Assembly: GCA_038087875.1 (NCBI GenBank)
Contig: CM075987.1
Span: 18,044,001-18,108,000, forward strand
Direction: 5' to 3'
Length of the DNA: 64,000 nucleotides
Source of the DNA: Malacoraja senta
Lineage: Eukaryota
Within the stretch, counting starts at the first letter, position 1, and each line of letters begins with the position of its first letter. Both the position numbers and the translations under genes were made by a program. The notes under the pieces were generated by a model. The model was not told the DNA's origin. It saw only the letters and a program-made list of their open reading frames with translations, and made no database searches. Positions 37,444-51,849 of this stretch are shown one piece after another.

Positions 37444-37870
37444 TGTCGAGGAGCAGATAATCAACAGTACAAGCATCTTCTCATTCATACTGTACCCAAG
37501 TGAAAATGCCAAAAGTGAGCCAAGCTAGACACAGCCGACTGCTCGCTACCAGCTGGCTGCCACTGGCCCAAAAACGTAAAGGCATTTTAAAGTGCTTTTT
37601 AAAGGTTTTGAAGCATTTGTGCCTTACGTAACAAATTAAGCTAGTTTATCCTGACCTCACTGTGAAAGAGTTTAATTAGGTCGAGTTTGGTTCGCAAATT
37701 TAAAATGATTTGTTGAAAATCAAAAAGTCTTTGAGTGGAGCCCGAGAAGCACTGAGCAACGTGTGTGCTCTTTGTAGATCTCGCCACTCTCGTCTGACAT
37801 ATTGATTAAAAGATTTGCTTTGGTTTAATTTTAACAATTTTGTTGCTTCTTTAAGAGACAAACTTTGACA
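37444..37870 (+). mobile_element. Second LTR-like element sharing R/U5 with the first
   Basis: 37733-37870 closely matches 37151-37292 and ends CTTTGACA. Candidate start TGTCGAG is an imperfect inverted repeat of the end. No TSD seen. Confidence 0.65.
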
Positions 37871-37959
37871 ACTGTGCTCTTTGGAATTCTTCAGAATTCA
37901 GGTTGTACTATTAATAATGACAGAAAATGCCAACCATCTCCAGAAATGATAAGAAATTA

Positions 37960-38186
37960 TTAGAAACATAGAAAATAGGTGCAGGAGTAGGCCATTCGAG
38001 CCTGCACCGCCATTCAGTATGATCATGGCTGATCATCCAACTCAGTATCCTGTACCTGCTTTCTCTCCATACCCACTGATCCCTTTAGCCACAAGGGCCA
38101 CATCTAACTCCATCTTAAATATAGCCAATGAACTGGCCTCAACTACATTCTGTGGCAGAGAATTCCAGAGATTCACCACTCTGTGT
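37960..38186 (-). mobile_element. CR1-A short 3' fragment
   Basis: Tail plus RVVNLWNSLPQ..KAGTGY. Confidence 0.88.
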
Positions 38187-38247
38187 AAAATTCTCGCCTC
38201 CATGCATATCTGTAGCCATAGGGCAGTCGCACACCTCCCCACTACTT

Positions 38248-38720
38248 CAAAGATACAAGATACATTTATTTGTCACATGTACCAATCGGTACAGTGAAAT
38301 GTGTTGTCACCATACAGCCATATGAATAATAAAGAGCACAGAACACAATAGACTTTAACAGACATCCCCACACAGATGAATCAAAATTTCCCACTGTGAG
38401 GGAAGGCTCTAAAATTCAGTCATCCTCCGTTGTTCACCCGTGGTCGGGGGGCTCCCGGACCCCTCGCAGGACGGCCCGATGTTCAGGCCCTACGCTGGGA
38501 TGATGGAACTCCGACGTTGAAACTGGAGAACCACCTCAACGGCTAGGACATCCGAATCGGCCGCTTCTTACTGGAGTCCGCGGCTCCCGAAGTCCACAGG
38601 CTGCGCTGGTAGGAGATTCAATGCTGGCGACCCTCGGCAAAATGTCCCAGGACTCCTCGATGTTGGTCAGCGCCGCCCGTGCTGGGAGCTCTCCAAACCC
38701 CAGCTCCGAGAGTTCCTGAC
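38248..38720 (-). mobile_element. Unclassified GC-rich non-autonomous retroelement with GTGACAAATAAA(TGTATCT)n tail
   Basis: Tail AAGATACAAGATACATTTATTTGTCAC on +; shares a GCCTTCC.TCAC motif with 56090-56757. Confidence 0.45.
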
Positions 38721-38979
38721 GTGGGGGTCGGTGGGGGGCAAATCACCCCGGTGTGTGGGTCGGGGTGGGGATGAATCACCATGGTAGGGGGGTCGTCGTG
38801 CCGGTGCAGCGCAGTCAGTGACTCTGGGTGGGCGGGGGGACCAGACTGTCCAACTCTGATGCAGCTGACGGGGATGTTGCTGGGTTTCTGGCCCCGTGTG
38901 TGTGACCGCTGCCAGGAGCCGTAGCCGCGCTCTACCCGGCCCCGTATGTGGGCGCTGCCGACCCACAGCCCATCACAGT

Positions 38980-39192
38980 GCGGGAGCCAGCTTGGGGGAG
39001 TAAGGGGAATGGGATGCTGCCGGATTGGGGGGGTGGTAATGGATGGGAGGCAGCCAGCTTGGGGGAAGATGGGATGGGAGGGATAAGGGATGGGAGGCAG
39101 CCAGCTTCTGGGAGAATGGAATGGGAGGTAGCCAGCTTGAGGGGTAACGGATGGAGGTAGCCAGCTTGGGGGAGTATGGGATGGGAGGTAAC
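38980..39192. repeat. G-rich imperfect minisatellite (GGATGGGAGG.AGCCAGCTTGGGG)
   Basis: AGCCAGCTT recurs 5 times with GGG runs. Confidence 0.8.
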
Positions 39193-39257
39193 GACAATCC
39201 ACGACACGTACGCCTGCAGGCCCGGGGCCCCACCTGTGGCCCGCTCCGAACACCCTA

Positions 39258-40767
<1,510 letters not shown>

Positions 40768-40959
40768 CGAAGCTCAGCCCGCTCACCGGCACCCTGGCCG
40801 CGCTCAATGGCCGCTCACGTCCCCGTCTCTCCATCCACAGCAACGGCTCCTAAACCCTGCAGGAGGGGAGCACAGAGGGTCAACAAGCTGGCAAACAGGA
40901 CATTACTAGCATATATTTGGTGCTTTTATGGCGGAGGAAACGGTTATATAATTCTACGT

Positions 40960-41245
40960 GGCACAGTGGCGCAGCGGTGCAGTTGCTGCCTCATCGCCAA
41001 AGACCCAAGGTCAATCCTGACTATGGGTGCTCTCTGTGCGGAGTTTGTACGTTCTCCCCTTGACCTGCGTGGGTTTTTACTCCGGGTGCTCCGGTTTCCT
41101 CCAACATTTTAAAGACGTTCAGGGTTGTAGATTAATCAGCCTCCGCAAAATTGGTAAATTATCCCTAATGTGCGTAGGATAGTGCTAGTGTACGGGGTGA
41201 TCGCTGGTCGGCGCGGACCCCGCGGGCCGAAAGACCAGCATCTCT
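40960..41245 (+). mobile_element. V-SINE (HE1-like), paralogous to 32118-32414
   Basis: Same head, core and tail, and the same flanks in inverted orientation. Confidence 0.85.
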
Positions 41246-41261
41246 ACACTAAATTAATGCA

Positions 41262-41395
41262 AAGAAGGGTCTCGACCCAAAACATCACTCATTCATTCTC
41301 TCCACAGATGCTGCCTGACCCGCTGAATTAGTCCAGCACTTTGTGTCTATCTTCTCCACAGATGCTGCCTGACCCGCTGAATTACTCCAGCACTT
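41262..41395 (+). mobile_element. Probable Penelope-like terminal-repeat remnant
   Basis: AAGGGTCTCGACCCAAAAC, then a duplicated CTCCACAGATGCTGCCTGACCCGCTGAATTA.TCCAGCACTTT. Confidence 0.55.
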
Positions 41396-41416
41396 TCTCT
41401 CCCCCTCCCTCTCACT

Positions 41417-41448
<32 letters not shown>

Positions 41449-41534
41449 TCTATCTCACTATCTCTCTCTCGCTCAGTCTCTCTCTCACTCTCTCTCTGTC
41501 TCTTTCCCTCATTCTGTCTCTTTCTCTCTGTCTC

Positions 41535-41582
<48 letters not shown>

Positions 41583-41650
41583 TCTGCCTCTCTCTTTCCC
41601 TTTCTCTCTCCTTGTGGCCTCCCTGCCACAGAAGGCAGTGGATGCCAAAA

Positions 41651-42155
41651 CACTGGATGGATTTGAGAGTTGGATAGAGCTCTAGGGGTTAGTGGAATCA
41701 AAGGATATGGGGAGAAGGCAGGCACGGGTTATTGATTGAGGACGATCAGCCATGACCACAATGAATGGCGGTGCTGGCTCGAAGGGCTGAACGGCCTCCT
41801 CCAGCACCTATTTTCTATGTTTCTATCTATGTCTCTTGCTCGGTCTGTCCCCCTCCCTCTCTGTTTCTCTCTGTCTCTCTATCTGTCCCCCTCTGCCTCT
41901 CTGGTTCTGTCTGTCTCTCAATTCAATTCAATTTCAATTAAAAAACTTTATTGGCATGATAAAATACATCGTTATATTGCCAAAGTATAAAACATGACAT
42001 ACATATTTAAAATGCATAAGTATAAATACAAGTATACAGTGCATGGATAGATATGTCCCTGTACATAAACTCGCAATAGACCTATAGCCCTTTATTGATT
42101 GCTACACGTTCTTCCAGCTGTAAGTAGTACAACAGAGTAGCAAGTTTAGCAATTT
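41651..42155 (+). repeat. ~505-bp direct repeat, left copy (right copy 48436-48940); contains a CR1 tail and an RTE-X-like tail
   Basis: Identical by eye at constant offset 6785; ORFs 41736..41990 and 48521..48775 are identical. Confidence 0.95.
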
Positions 42156-42672
42156 TTTTTTTTTTTTTTTTTTTAATTTTTATTTATTAGAAGTACATTA
42201 CATCACAGCCACATACATTAATACTCGTCATTTATATCTTCTTACAATTAATGTACTCCCTTTATTTATTTTTTTACACTAAAGAAAGAAAAGATTGAAA
42301 GAGAGAAGAAAGTGAAGGAAAAAGCGCAAGTGTAGAAAAGTGTAGAAAATGTAACAACAAAAAAGGACGAAGACCCTATGAGAGCGAAATTAAAAACAAA
42401 AAGAAAAAGAGTTAAGAAATAGGCCCTAAGAAAAGAAAAGAGAGAGAGAAAAAAAGAAAAACAAATGTTTTTTTTTTTTTTTTGAGCATCACGTAAATAG
42501 GACATACCAACTCTTCAACTATCATCCCCCCTTACCCGACCTCAATTTTTTATTTTTTTAAAGTACTTTTGCACCCTATATTTGTAATAATTCTATAAAT
42601 GCAGACCACGTCAGGTGGAAGTGATCTGGTTTACCTGCTAGGAGGAGTCTTATCTCTTCAAGGTGTAGTGTT

Positions 42673-45600
42673 TCAAACATATTTGAAAATCCACATATTT
42701 ATAGTTGGTATTGGAGCCTTCTTCCAAAATTTTAGAATTAGCTTTTTTCCAGTTATTAACCCATAATCCATTAATTTCTTTTGAAACACATTTAGTTCTG
42801 GATCATCTTCCGTTATTCCGAAGATAATCCATTCTGCTTTGGGTATCAGTCTTGTTTTAAATAACTTTGTAAAGATTTCAAAAATTTTCATTCCAAAATT
42901 TTTGAATTTTTGTACAGAAGACAAATGAGTGCGCTATAGTTGCTTCTTGGGATTGACATTTATCACAAATAGATGATACGTTTGGGAAAATTTTATGAAT
43001 TTTAGTTTTCGAATAATATAATCTATGTAAAATTTTAAATTGTATTAAAGTGTGTCTTGCATTAATCGAGCATTTATGTACTTTTAATAAGTATTCATTC
43101 CAACTTTCCTTTGAAATTTTAATAGCTAACTCTTGTTCCCAGTCTCTTCTGATACCCTCCGTAGATGGTATTTGTACATTTAAGATAATATTGTACAAAT
43201 ATGATATTAAGTTTGCTGATTCCGCTTTTATCTGCATTGCCTCGTCCAGTACATCTGCTGGGTTATTATGACGATCTTTTATATATTTTTTCAAATAGTC
43301 GCATATTTGAAAGTATTTAAAATATTGATTATTTCCGAGTTTATATTTTATTTGTAATTGTTGAAATGAAAGTAATTTTCCAGTTTCATACAAGTCACCA
43401 AGCGTTTTAATTCCTAGTCTATCCCATTGTGTATAAGCTTTATCTATAATAGAAGGACTAAACGAAGGGTTATTGACTATAGGTAATAAAAGTGATAAGT
43501 TTCTTAATTTTAAATTTTGTTTTATTTGTTTCCAAATACGGATTGTACTATGAATAATTGGGTTCTTATTATAGTTTATGTTATTCAATTTCATTGGAGA
43601 GAGGAGGATCGCTCCAATGTTTCTAGAGGAGCAATCCTCTTTCTCCATTACAATCCAGTCTACTTGCTGGGCGGAGTTATCCATCAGTTGAATCATGTTT
43701 TTAATATTTACTGACCAATAATAATACATAAAATTGGGTAGTGCTAGACCCCCCAATACTTTAGATTTATTCAGATGGGTTTTTTGTATTCTATGTGATT
43801 TATAGTCCCATATAAAATTAGTGATATCTGAGTCGAGTTTTTTAAAAAACTTCTTAGGTAAGTATATAGGAATTGATTGAAATAGGTATAAAATTTGTGG
43901 TAAAAAGATCATTTTTATTGCGTTTATTCGGCCTATTAAAGACATCGGAAGCGTTTTCCAGAATTTAATTAATGTATTCAGTTTATTAAGTAGGGGGTCA
44001 AAATTTGCCCTGAGCATACCTTGATATGCTCTGGTAATTTCGATTCCCAAATATTTAAATTTTTCTGTAGCTATTTTAAAAGGGAATTTTAAAAGATGTG
44101 TTGAATCTTTCGGTTTTATTGACATAATTTCACTTTTATTCCAATTTATTCTATATCCAGAAAAAGATCCGAAGTCTTCAATTAAATTTAATATATTTGG
44201 TATAGTGATTTGAGGTTTTGTAATATACAATAATATATCATCCGCGTATAAAGATATTTTATTATATGAGTCTTTAGTATTATATCCATGAATATCAGGG
44301 TGTATTCTAATTTTTTCTGCTAGCGGTTCAATAATGAGAGCAAACAGCTGTGGTGATAATGAGCATCCTTGTCTATTTCCCCTTGATAGTTGAAATTTCG
44401 AGGATAATATGTTATTAGTAAGTATTCTAGCTGTAGGTTTGTTATATAGTAACTTAATCCATAAAATAAAATTCTCTCCCAGTTGAAATTTTTGTAATAC
44501 TTTATCCATATAATTCCATTCTACTTGATCAAATGCTTTTTCAGCATCCAGCGAAATAATTGATAATTCTTGATCTTCAGATTTGTGTGAGTGCATTATG
44601 TTGAGTAGACGTCTCATATTATTAGAAGAGTATCTCTTAGGGATAAACCCTGTCTGATCTGGGTTTATTAATTTACTAATGTATTTACTTAATCTTCTGG
44701 CTAATGTTTTCGCTAATATTTTTTGATCTGTGTTTAACAATGCTATAGCTCTATATGAGCCAGGTTCTTCTAAATCCTTATTTTTCTTAGGTATTAATGT
44801 AATCGTTGATTCCGCTAATGTATCAGGTAGTATTCGTTTTTTAAAAGCGTATTGGTACATTTTTTGTAATCTTGGTATTATTTTATCATAAAAGTTTTTA
44901 TAAAATTCATTAGTAAATCCATCAGGGCCTGGTGTTTTTCCATTTTTTAGTGAGTTTATTGTATCTTCTAATTCCTTAATTGAGATTTGTGCACCCAGTT
45001 CCTCTTGTTCCTTCAGCTCTAACTTTGGAAGATTACAGGTATCCAAGAACTTTGTGATATTATTGGAATCAATTATCGTTTTAGATGTATACAAATTCTC
45101 GTAAAATTGCGCAAATCTTTTATTAATATCCTTCGGTGTTGTTAATAATTCCCCTTTATCTGATTTAATCTTTGGTATAGTATGTTCCTTTTCTCGTTTT
45201 TTTAGCTGGCGAGCCAAAAGTTTATGCGGTTTATCCCCAAATTCAAAGTGCTCTTGTTTTGTAATTTGAAAAAGTCTTATAAGTTTGGCAGATAATAATT
45301 TATTTAATTTAAATTTTTAAAATTATTATTTTATTATGTTTATCTATTGATGGATCTTTAGCATTATCTATATCCATTTGTCTAATAAGTTCTTCTAACT
45401 GTCTTTGTTCATTCTTATTCTTTTTATTTTGAAAAGCTTGATATGAAATTATAATACCCCTAATGTATGCTTTAAAAGATTCCCAAAGTAAAGTAGGCGA
45501 TATATCTGAAGTATCATTTGTTTGAAAAAAGACCTCCATTTGTTCTTTTAAATATATACTCGCTTGTGGATCTTTTAAAATTTGAGAGTTAAATCTCCAG

Positions 45601-46370
45601 AATGAATTATTCTTAGACAATCCTTCCAGTTTTAAAAAGAAAGTTAGTGGAGAATGGTCTGAAATTGAATTTGTATGATATATTGCATTAGATGTTTGGG
45701 GGATTAATTTTGTATCCAGCAGAAAGTAGTCTATACGTGAGTATGTCTTATGTACCATTGAGTAAAACGAATATTCCCTGCCAGTTGGATTCACAATTCT
45801 CCAAACATCTGCTATATTAGTGTTGTTTATGTAGGTATTGAGGAGTTCCCCAGTTTTCGATTTCATATTCCCTCTCTGTTTTTGACTTGATTTATCTAAG
45901 TACGGGTCTAAAACACAGTTAAAGTCTCCGCCTATTATAACATTTTGATAGTTTGACTCTGCAATTATATTGAAGATTTTATTGAAAAAGTGGGGGTTAT
46001 CAAAGTTAGGGGCATATATATTTACCAAAGTAAGTGGAGTGTCATGGATTTCTCCATTAACTATTAGGTATCTCCCTTCTATATCTGTTATAATATTCTT
46101 TGCTTTAAATGGTATACCTTTTCTTATGATAATTGACGTGCCTCTAGATTTTGAAGTGAATGAAGAGTGGTATGTTTGACCTATCCATTTCGCCCTCAGC
46201 CTAACTTGGTCCTGAGGTTTTAGGTGTGTTTCTTGTAGGAAGGTAATGTCAGAATTATACATTTTTAGCTGAGCTAATATCTTACCCCTTTTGATAGGTT
46301 CATTAATACCTCTTATATTCCAACTACAAAATGAGACTCCTCCTAGGTTCTTTTGTGTGGTGTCATGCAT
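42673..46370 (-). CDS. L1 ORF2 (APE endonuclease, RT, C-terminal Cys/His motif), broken by homopolymer indels
   Basis: SWNIRG, FLQETH, NIYAPN, GGDFN and SDH in 45309..46370; PGPDG, SLDAEKAFD, RQGCSLSP, LYADD and CDKC..H..C in 42878..45217. Exact C-terminus uncertain. Confidence 0.9.
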
Positions 46371-47175
46371 TTTGAATAATTATAGTACCTTTGAATCTTG
46401 TGGTGCGTCCATATCCCAGGTCTTTAGGTATTGGGGGAGTTTTTGAATTATTAACTTTTGTTGGTATGTCCATATTATTCTTATCACTAAACACAAAACA
46501 CAAACAAGTGATTTTATGTAATAAAAAAAAAACTAAAAAAGTGAGGCTACAGTGTCTATAGTCGGCACTGTAGCAAGTGACCCACCTGTAGGTGGGAAAA
46601 AACCTTATTTTGACTTCCATTGCGTTGTTGCTCAACTCGCTCCGCTCTCTTAGTTAATCATAACATATTAAAATATTAAAACGAGGCCTCACATTCATAT
46701 ATATAATACAATTTTACCCTGATATTTCCTTATAACATATATATATATCAGAGTTTAATTATTAAACCAATATTTTTGATTTCAATAAGAATCAGCTGTT
46801 GGTTGAAGGGGTTAACGAGACGTGCTCCTGGACATAAGCCAGGAGCTCGTTTCTCATCCCCTCCTCCCGCTTATAGACAAGGTTACAATTTATTAAAAAT
46901 TCATATTAGTATGTTAGTTCATTATTTTTTTGTTTTTTTTGTTAGTATTCTAATCTAACCTGCATAACTTTTAAAGTTGTTAATAGGATACGTTCTTACA
47001 ATTGGTTATAACATTTTAATCAATAAGCAATTATTTTCTAATTCATATCCCGTTATAAAGTTGTTTACACGTTTTGAACAGAAAATGTCCTTGCTTCAAC
47101 ATTCCGGAGATAACAGTATAACTATCCCCAGACAAAACATAGCTGAGAATTATTCGGATCTGCCAAAGCTCCCTT

Positions 47176-48247
47176 TTATTTCTGTTTTTCAACAATTGTT
47201 TGGGCATATTTGAAAGCGTCTTCAGGCTTAACAAATGACTTTTCAAGACCATTAAAAGAAATACGCATTTTAGCGGGATAAAAAAACCCCGAATCTGACC
47301 CCTTCTCTCCCTCTTAAAAGATCTTTAACCTTATCAAATTTGTTTCTTTTTTGCACAATTTCATGTGGGTAGTCCCTGAATATCTTAATAGTGTCTTTGT
47401 CCAGCCGTAATTGTACACCATATTTGATTTTGGTCATAACATATTCCAGTTCTGCAGTGTCTCGAAATTTCACTATAATATGTCGTGGATAAGCTTTTCC
47501 CGCATCAAATCTTTTTCCAAATCTTGGGACACGATGAGCCACTTCGATTTTCGGTTCCTTGGGAAGATTCAACAGTTGTTTCAACAAGCCCATGGCAAAT
47601 TCACGTACCTGTTCCCCTTCTGCCCCCTCTGAAACACCAAGAATCCTCAGATTCTGGTGTCTAGAACGAGCTTCCAGGTCCAGGCATTTGAATGAGACTT
47701 TCTCTAATTGAGTCCCCATTTGTAGTGATGCTTGTTCGTTTTCTCGCCTCATTTGCTCATGTTCTTGCCTCAATTTCGTCATGTCTTCAACCAGTCGTGC
47801 CGTATTTTTCTCCAATTCCGTAATTGTCTGCATACTTGCAGCTACTGTTTCAAGTACAGCCGTGAACTTATCCGTAGTAATTACATCCATCTTATCCATT
47901 TTCTCTGATAGTCCATCTTTCACCTCATCAATTCGTTTATTCATAGTGTCCAGTAAATCCGTCATATTCTTCTGGTTACCAGCATTTAAATCCTTCATCA
48001 TCTTCTGCATTCCTTCCATCATTTTTGCCGAATTTTCCTTCATTTCCTTCTTATCTTCCACCCTATTATCCGAGATCTCTTCTTTCAAATTTTTCATTGA
48101 TTTTTTCAAGTCATCAAAGTCTTTCTTAGATCTTGTATCCATTTCTGCAGCCACTTCAGAGACTTCAGAGGTAACTTCAGTTTCGAACTGTTTCGACAGT
48201 TTATTCACAGCTCTCTGAGGGCTCACAGCTGGAGGCAATTTACTCAT
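47176..48247 (-). CDS. L1 ORF1 (coiled coil, RRM, CTD); 1-bp frameshift near 47283
   Basis: DLEARSRHQNLRILGVSEG, AHRV and PRHIIVKF. Removing one base from the G4T7 run gives ..YPAKMRISF..EKQK* ending at 47176. Confidence 0.88.
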
Positions 48248-48703
48248 TTAAAGGGCTTCAAACCACCGTTTAAAACATCGCGTTTAACGATGACGTCATC
48301 AGCGCGGTAACCAGAAGCTCCGGTAAGGTTTTTAAAAACAATCCCGATTTTCGGACCCGTTTTACACGATAAATCGTGAAGTTTTTCGGGAGAGGAGCTG
48401 GAGCTGGGTGCACGTCTGTTAGTCTAACATGACGCCACTGGATGGATTTGAGAGTTGGATAGAGCTCTAGGGGTTAGTGGAATCAAAGGATATGGGGAGA
48501 AGGCAGGCACGGGTTATTGATTGAGGACGATCAGCCATGACCACAATGAATGGCGGTGCTGGCTCGAAGGGCTGAACGGCCTCCTCCAGCACCTATTTTC
48601 TATGTTTCTATCTATGTCTCTTGCTCGGTCTGTCCCCCTCCCTCTCTGTTTCTCTCTGTCTCTCTATCTGTCCCCCTCTGCCTCTCTGGTTCTGTCTGTC
48701 TCT

Positions 48704-49135
48704 CAATTCAATTCAATTTCAATTAAAAAACTTTATTGGCATGATAAAATACATCGTTATATTGCCAAAGTATAAAACATGACATACATATTTAAAATGC
48801 ATAAGTATAAATACAAGTATACAGTGCATGGATAGATATGTCCCTGTACATAAACTCGCAATAGACCTATAGCCCTTTATTGATTGCTACACGTTCTTCC
48901 AGCTGTAAGTAGTACAACAGAGTAGCAAGTTTAGCAATTTGATATTAATTTCTTAGTGTCAGTTAATGTCAATTAGTGTGTGCGTGCATATTGGTCATTC
49001 ACCGTCTCTCAGGTTATGGCATGCTGTTACGTATTGTGCACCAAGATGTGCCGTATTTCCTTCACCAAGGATTATTCTTAGTTTTGATGTATCATCTAGT
49101 TCTTTAAAATCAGGTGTTGCCAGACTGCCAAAGTA
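48704..49135 (-). mobile_element. RTE-X-like LINE 3' fragment
   Basis: GCCAATAAAG..(TTGAA)n tail; matches 55032-55440. Confidence 0.6.
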
Positions 49136-49494
49136 TGTTTTCCTTTCTCTCTCTCTCTATATATATATATACATCTCTCTCTATCTATCTATCTCTATCT
49201 CACTTCCTCTCACTGTCTCTGTCTCTCTCACTATCTCTCTGTGTGTCACTCTCTCTCTCTGACTCTCTTGCTGACTCTGCTCTGCTCTGTCTCTCACTGT
49301 CTCTCTCGCTGACTGCTCTCCCTCTGCTGTCTCTCTCGCCGTCTCTCCTCTCTCTGTGTCTCTCTCTCTCCTTCTCCCTGTCTCAGTCTCCCTATCTCTC
49401 TCATTTTCTCTCTCTCTCTGTCTCACTCTGTCTCTCACTCTTTCTCTGTCTCTCTCTCTCTCTCCGTCTGTCTCCCTCAATCCCTTTCGTCTTC

Positions 49495-51549
49495 TGATGA
49501 TGATGAAGATGATGAAATTCTTTATTGTCATTATAACTTGTAAACATGTACAACAAAATTAAAAATGCCAACCAGTCAGTGCACCAGTCACACATTATCT
49601 AAAAGCTAACGATACGTAAAAGAGAAATATCTAAAATAAACAACTAGAATAAATAACTTGAAAAAAACCCAAGCATAAACACACAACCATACATTCTTCT
49701 GTCGATTTCACAATCCCTTTGGTGTGTAGCGCACCTGCGCTCATTTGGTGGCTACATTAAGTGTAGTTATTGCTGTGGGATAAAAACTGTTTTTGAGTCT
49801 GTTTGTCCTTGTCCTCATTGATCTGTACCGTCTGCCTGACGGCAACAGTTCAAACAGGGAGTGTCCGGGGTGGTAAATGTCCTTTATAATGTTCTGGGAT
49901 TTCTTGAGACAGTGGGAACTGTGTAGGTCCTCCAAGGTGAGGAGAGGGCAGCCGACAATCTTCTGGGCGTTGTCAATAGCCCTCTGGAGCGCTTTCCTCT
50001 TAGCCGCTGTGCAGCTGCTGTACCACACGCATACACAGTATGTTAAGATGCTCTCTATGGAGCACCGATAAAAGGATAGCAGCAGTCTCTGGATGATGTT
50101 GTTCTTCCTGAGCACCCTCAGGAAGTACAGTCTCTGCTGGACCTTTTTCAGCAGCGGAGAGGTGTTCACGCTCCATGTCAGGTCCTCCTCAATGTGGATT
50201 CCCAGGAAGCGGAAATCCGCCACCCCCTCCACACAGTCCCCTCTGATGATTAGTGGTGTAATGTCCGTTTTCTTCTTCCTGTAATCTATTATGAGCTCCT
50301 TGGTCTTTGAGGTGTTGAGGAGCAGGTTATTCTCTCCACACCACACTGTCAGCTGCTCCACCTCATCCCTGTAGGCGTACTCATCCCCCCCAGAGATGAG
50401 CCCCACCACCGTGGTGTCATCCACGAATTTGACAATGGTGTTACTGTGGTGGGCGGGGGTTGCAGTCATATGTGTAGATGGTGTAAAGCAGGGGGCTCAG
50501 CACGCAGCCCTGTGGAGAGCTGGTACTGAGGCTGAGGGCCGTGGATGTGTGATGGCCCACTCTGACTCTCTGGCTGCGACCCGACAGGAAACTATTTATC
50601 CACATGCAGGTGGAGTGTGGAAGTCCCAGGTCCCCCAGTTTGTCCACCAGTTTGTGGGGAAGGATGGTGTTAAAAGCAGAGCTGTAGTCCACAAAGAGCA
50701 TCTGCACGTAGCTCCCCCGCTGTTCCAGGTGGGACAGTGCAGCATGGAGAGCTGTGGCTACAGCATCCTCTGTGGATCTGTTCGCTCTATACGCAAACTG
50801 GTGGGGGTCAAAGCTTCGGGGCAGGATTGATGTAATGTGTCCCCGGACCAGTTTTTCAAAGCACTTCATCACCACTGGTGTGAGTGCGACTGGCCGGTAG
50901 TCGTTGAGGCTGGAAATGTGGGTTTTTTTTATGGCAAGGGGACTATGGTGGAGGACTTCAGACAGGGTGGGACAGTGAAGTGGGCCAGGGACTGGTTGAA
51001 AATCCTCGTAAAGACTCCAGCCAGCTGGTCTGCGCAGTCCTTCAGCACGCGTCCAGAGATGCCGTCGGGTCCAGCAGCCTTCCTCGGATTGATGGCCCGC
51101 AGCGTGCGCCTCACCTCATGCTCCTCTATTTTGAGGGATAAGCTGCTGTGGACCATGTGATGTGATATGGCTGTCTCTGGTGGCTCCACTTCAAAGCGAG
51201 CAAAGAAGAGGTTCAGCTCCTCTGCCAACGAGGCGTCACCTTCAGCAGCTCCAAGGTTCGTCTTGTAGTTGGTGAGATACTGGATCCCCTGCCACACCTG
51301 CCTGCTGTTGTTACTGTCCAGGTGGTCCTCTATCCTCCTCCTGTAGTCTGATTTGGCCTCTCTGATGCCTCTCTTCAGGTTAGCTCGGGCCGTGCTGTAT
51401 AAAGCCCTATCGCCAGACCTAAAAGCGGTGTTCCTCTCTTTTAACAGCCGCTGGACCTCCCGGGTCATCCAGGGCTTCTGGTTGGGGTAGACCCGGATGC
51501 GTTTGTCCACTGTGACAGTGTCCATGCAGTTTTTAATGTAACATAGTAC
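49495..51549 (-). mobile_element. Rex1/Babar LINE, second subfamily, 5'-truncated, (CAT)n tail
   Basis: ORFs 50929..51591, 50441..50875 and 49741..50469 with KAAGPDG, DYSSAFNTI, FVDDTT and LLPSGRRYRS. Confidence 0.88.
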
Positions 51550-51807
51550 ACTCTCTCTCGCTCTCTGTCTCTCTCTCTCTCTGTCTCTCACTCTCTCTGT
51601 GTCACTCGCTCTGTCTCTTTCTCACATGTCCCTCTCTGTATTTCTATCTGTCTCTCTCTGTATCTATCTGTCTCTCTCTCTATGTCTCTCTCTGTCTCTC
51701 TCACTCTCTCTCTCTGTCACTCGCTCTCTGTCTCTCTCTCACTCTGTATCTCTGTCTCCCTCTCTATCTCTCACTGTCTCCGTCTCTCTCTCCGCCTCTC
51801 TCGCTCC

Positions 51808-51849
<42 letters not shown>

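Larger units (their letters stand above)
42156..48435 (-). mobile_element. Full-length L1-clade LINE (~6.3 kb) with poly(A) tail
   Basis: Poly(T) on + at 42153-42174, ORF2, ~800-bp spacer, ORF1 and a CpG-rich 5' UTR with ATGACGTCAT. Confidence 0.93.

Noticed and set aside
40960..41030. tRNA gene
   Set aside because: It is the tRNA-derived head of a V-SINE with a degenerate B box, followed by SINE core sequence.
41255..41290. Hammerhead ribozyme in Penelope-like ends (also ~32085-32105 and ~35750-35780)
   Set aside because: The small stem GGGTC-TC-GACCC is present, but the CUGANGA and GAAA core bases are mutated, so no intact ribozyme is supportable.
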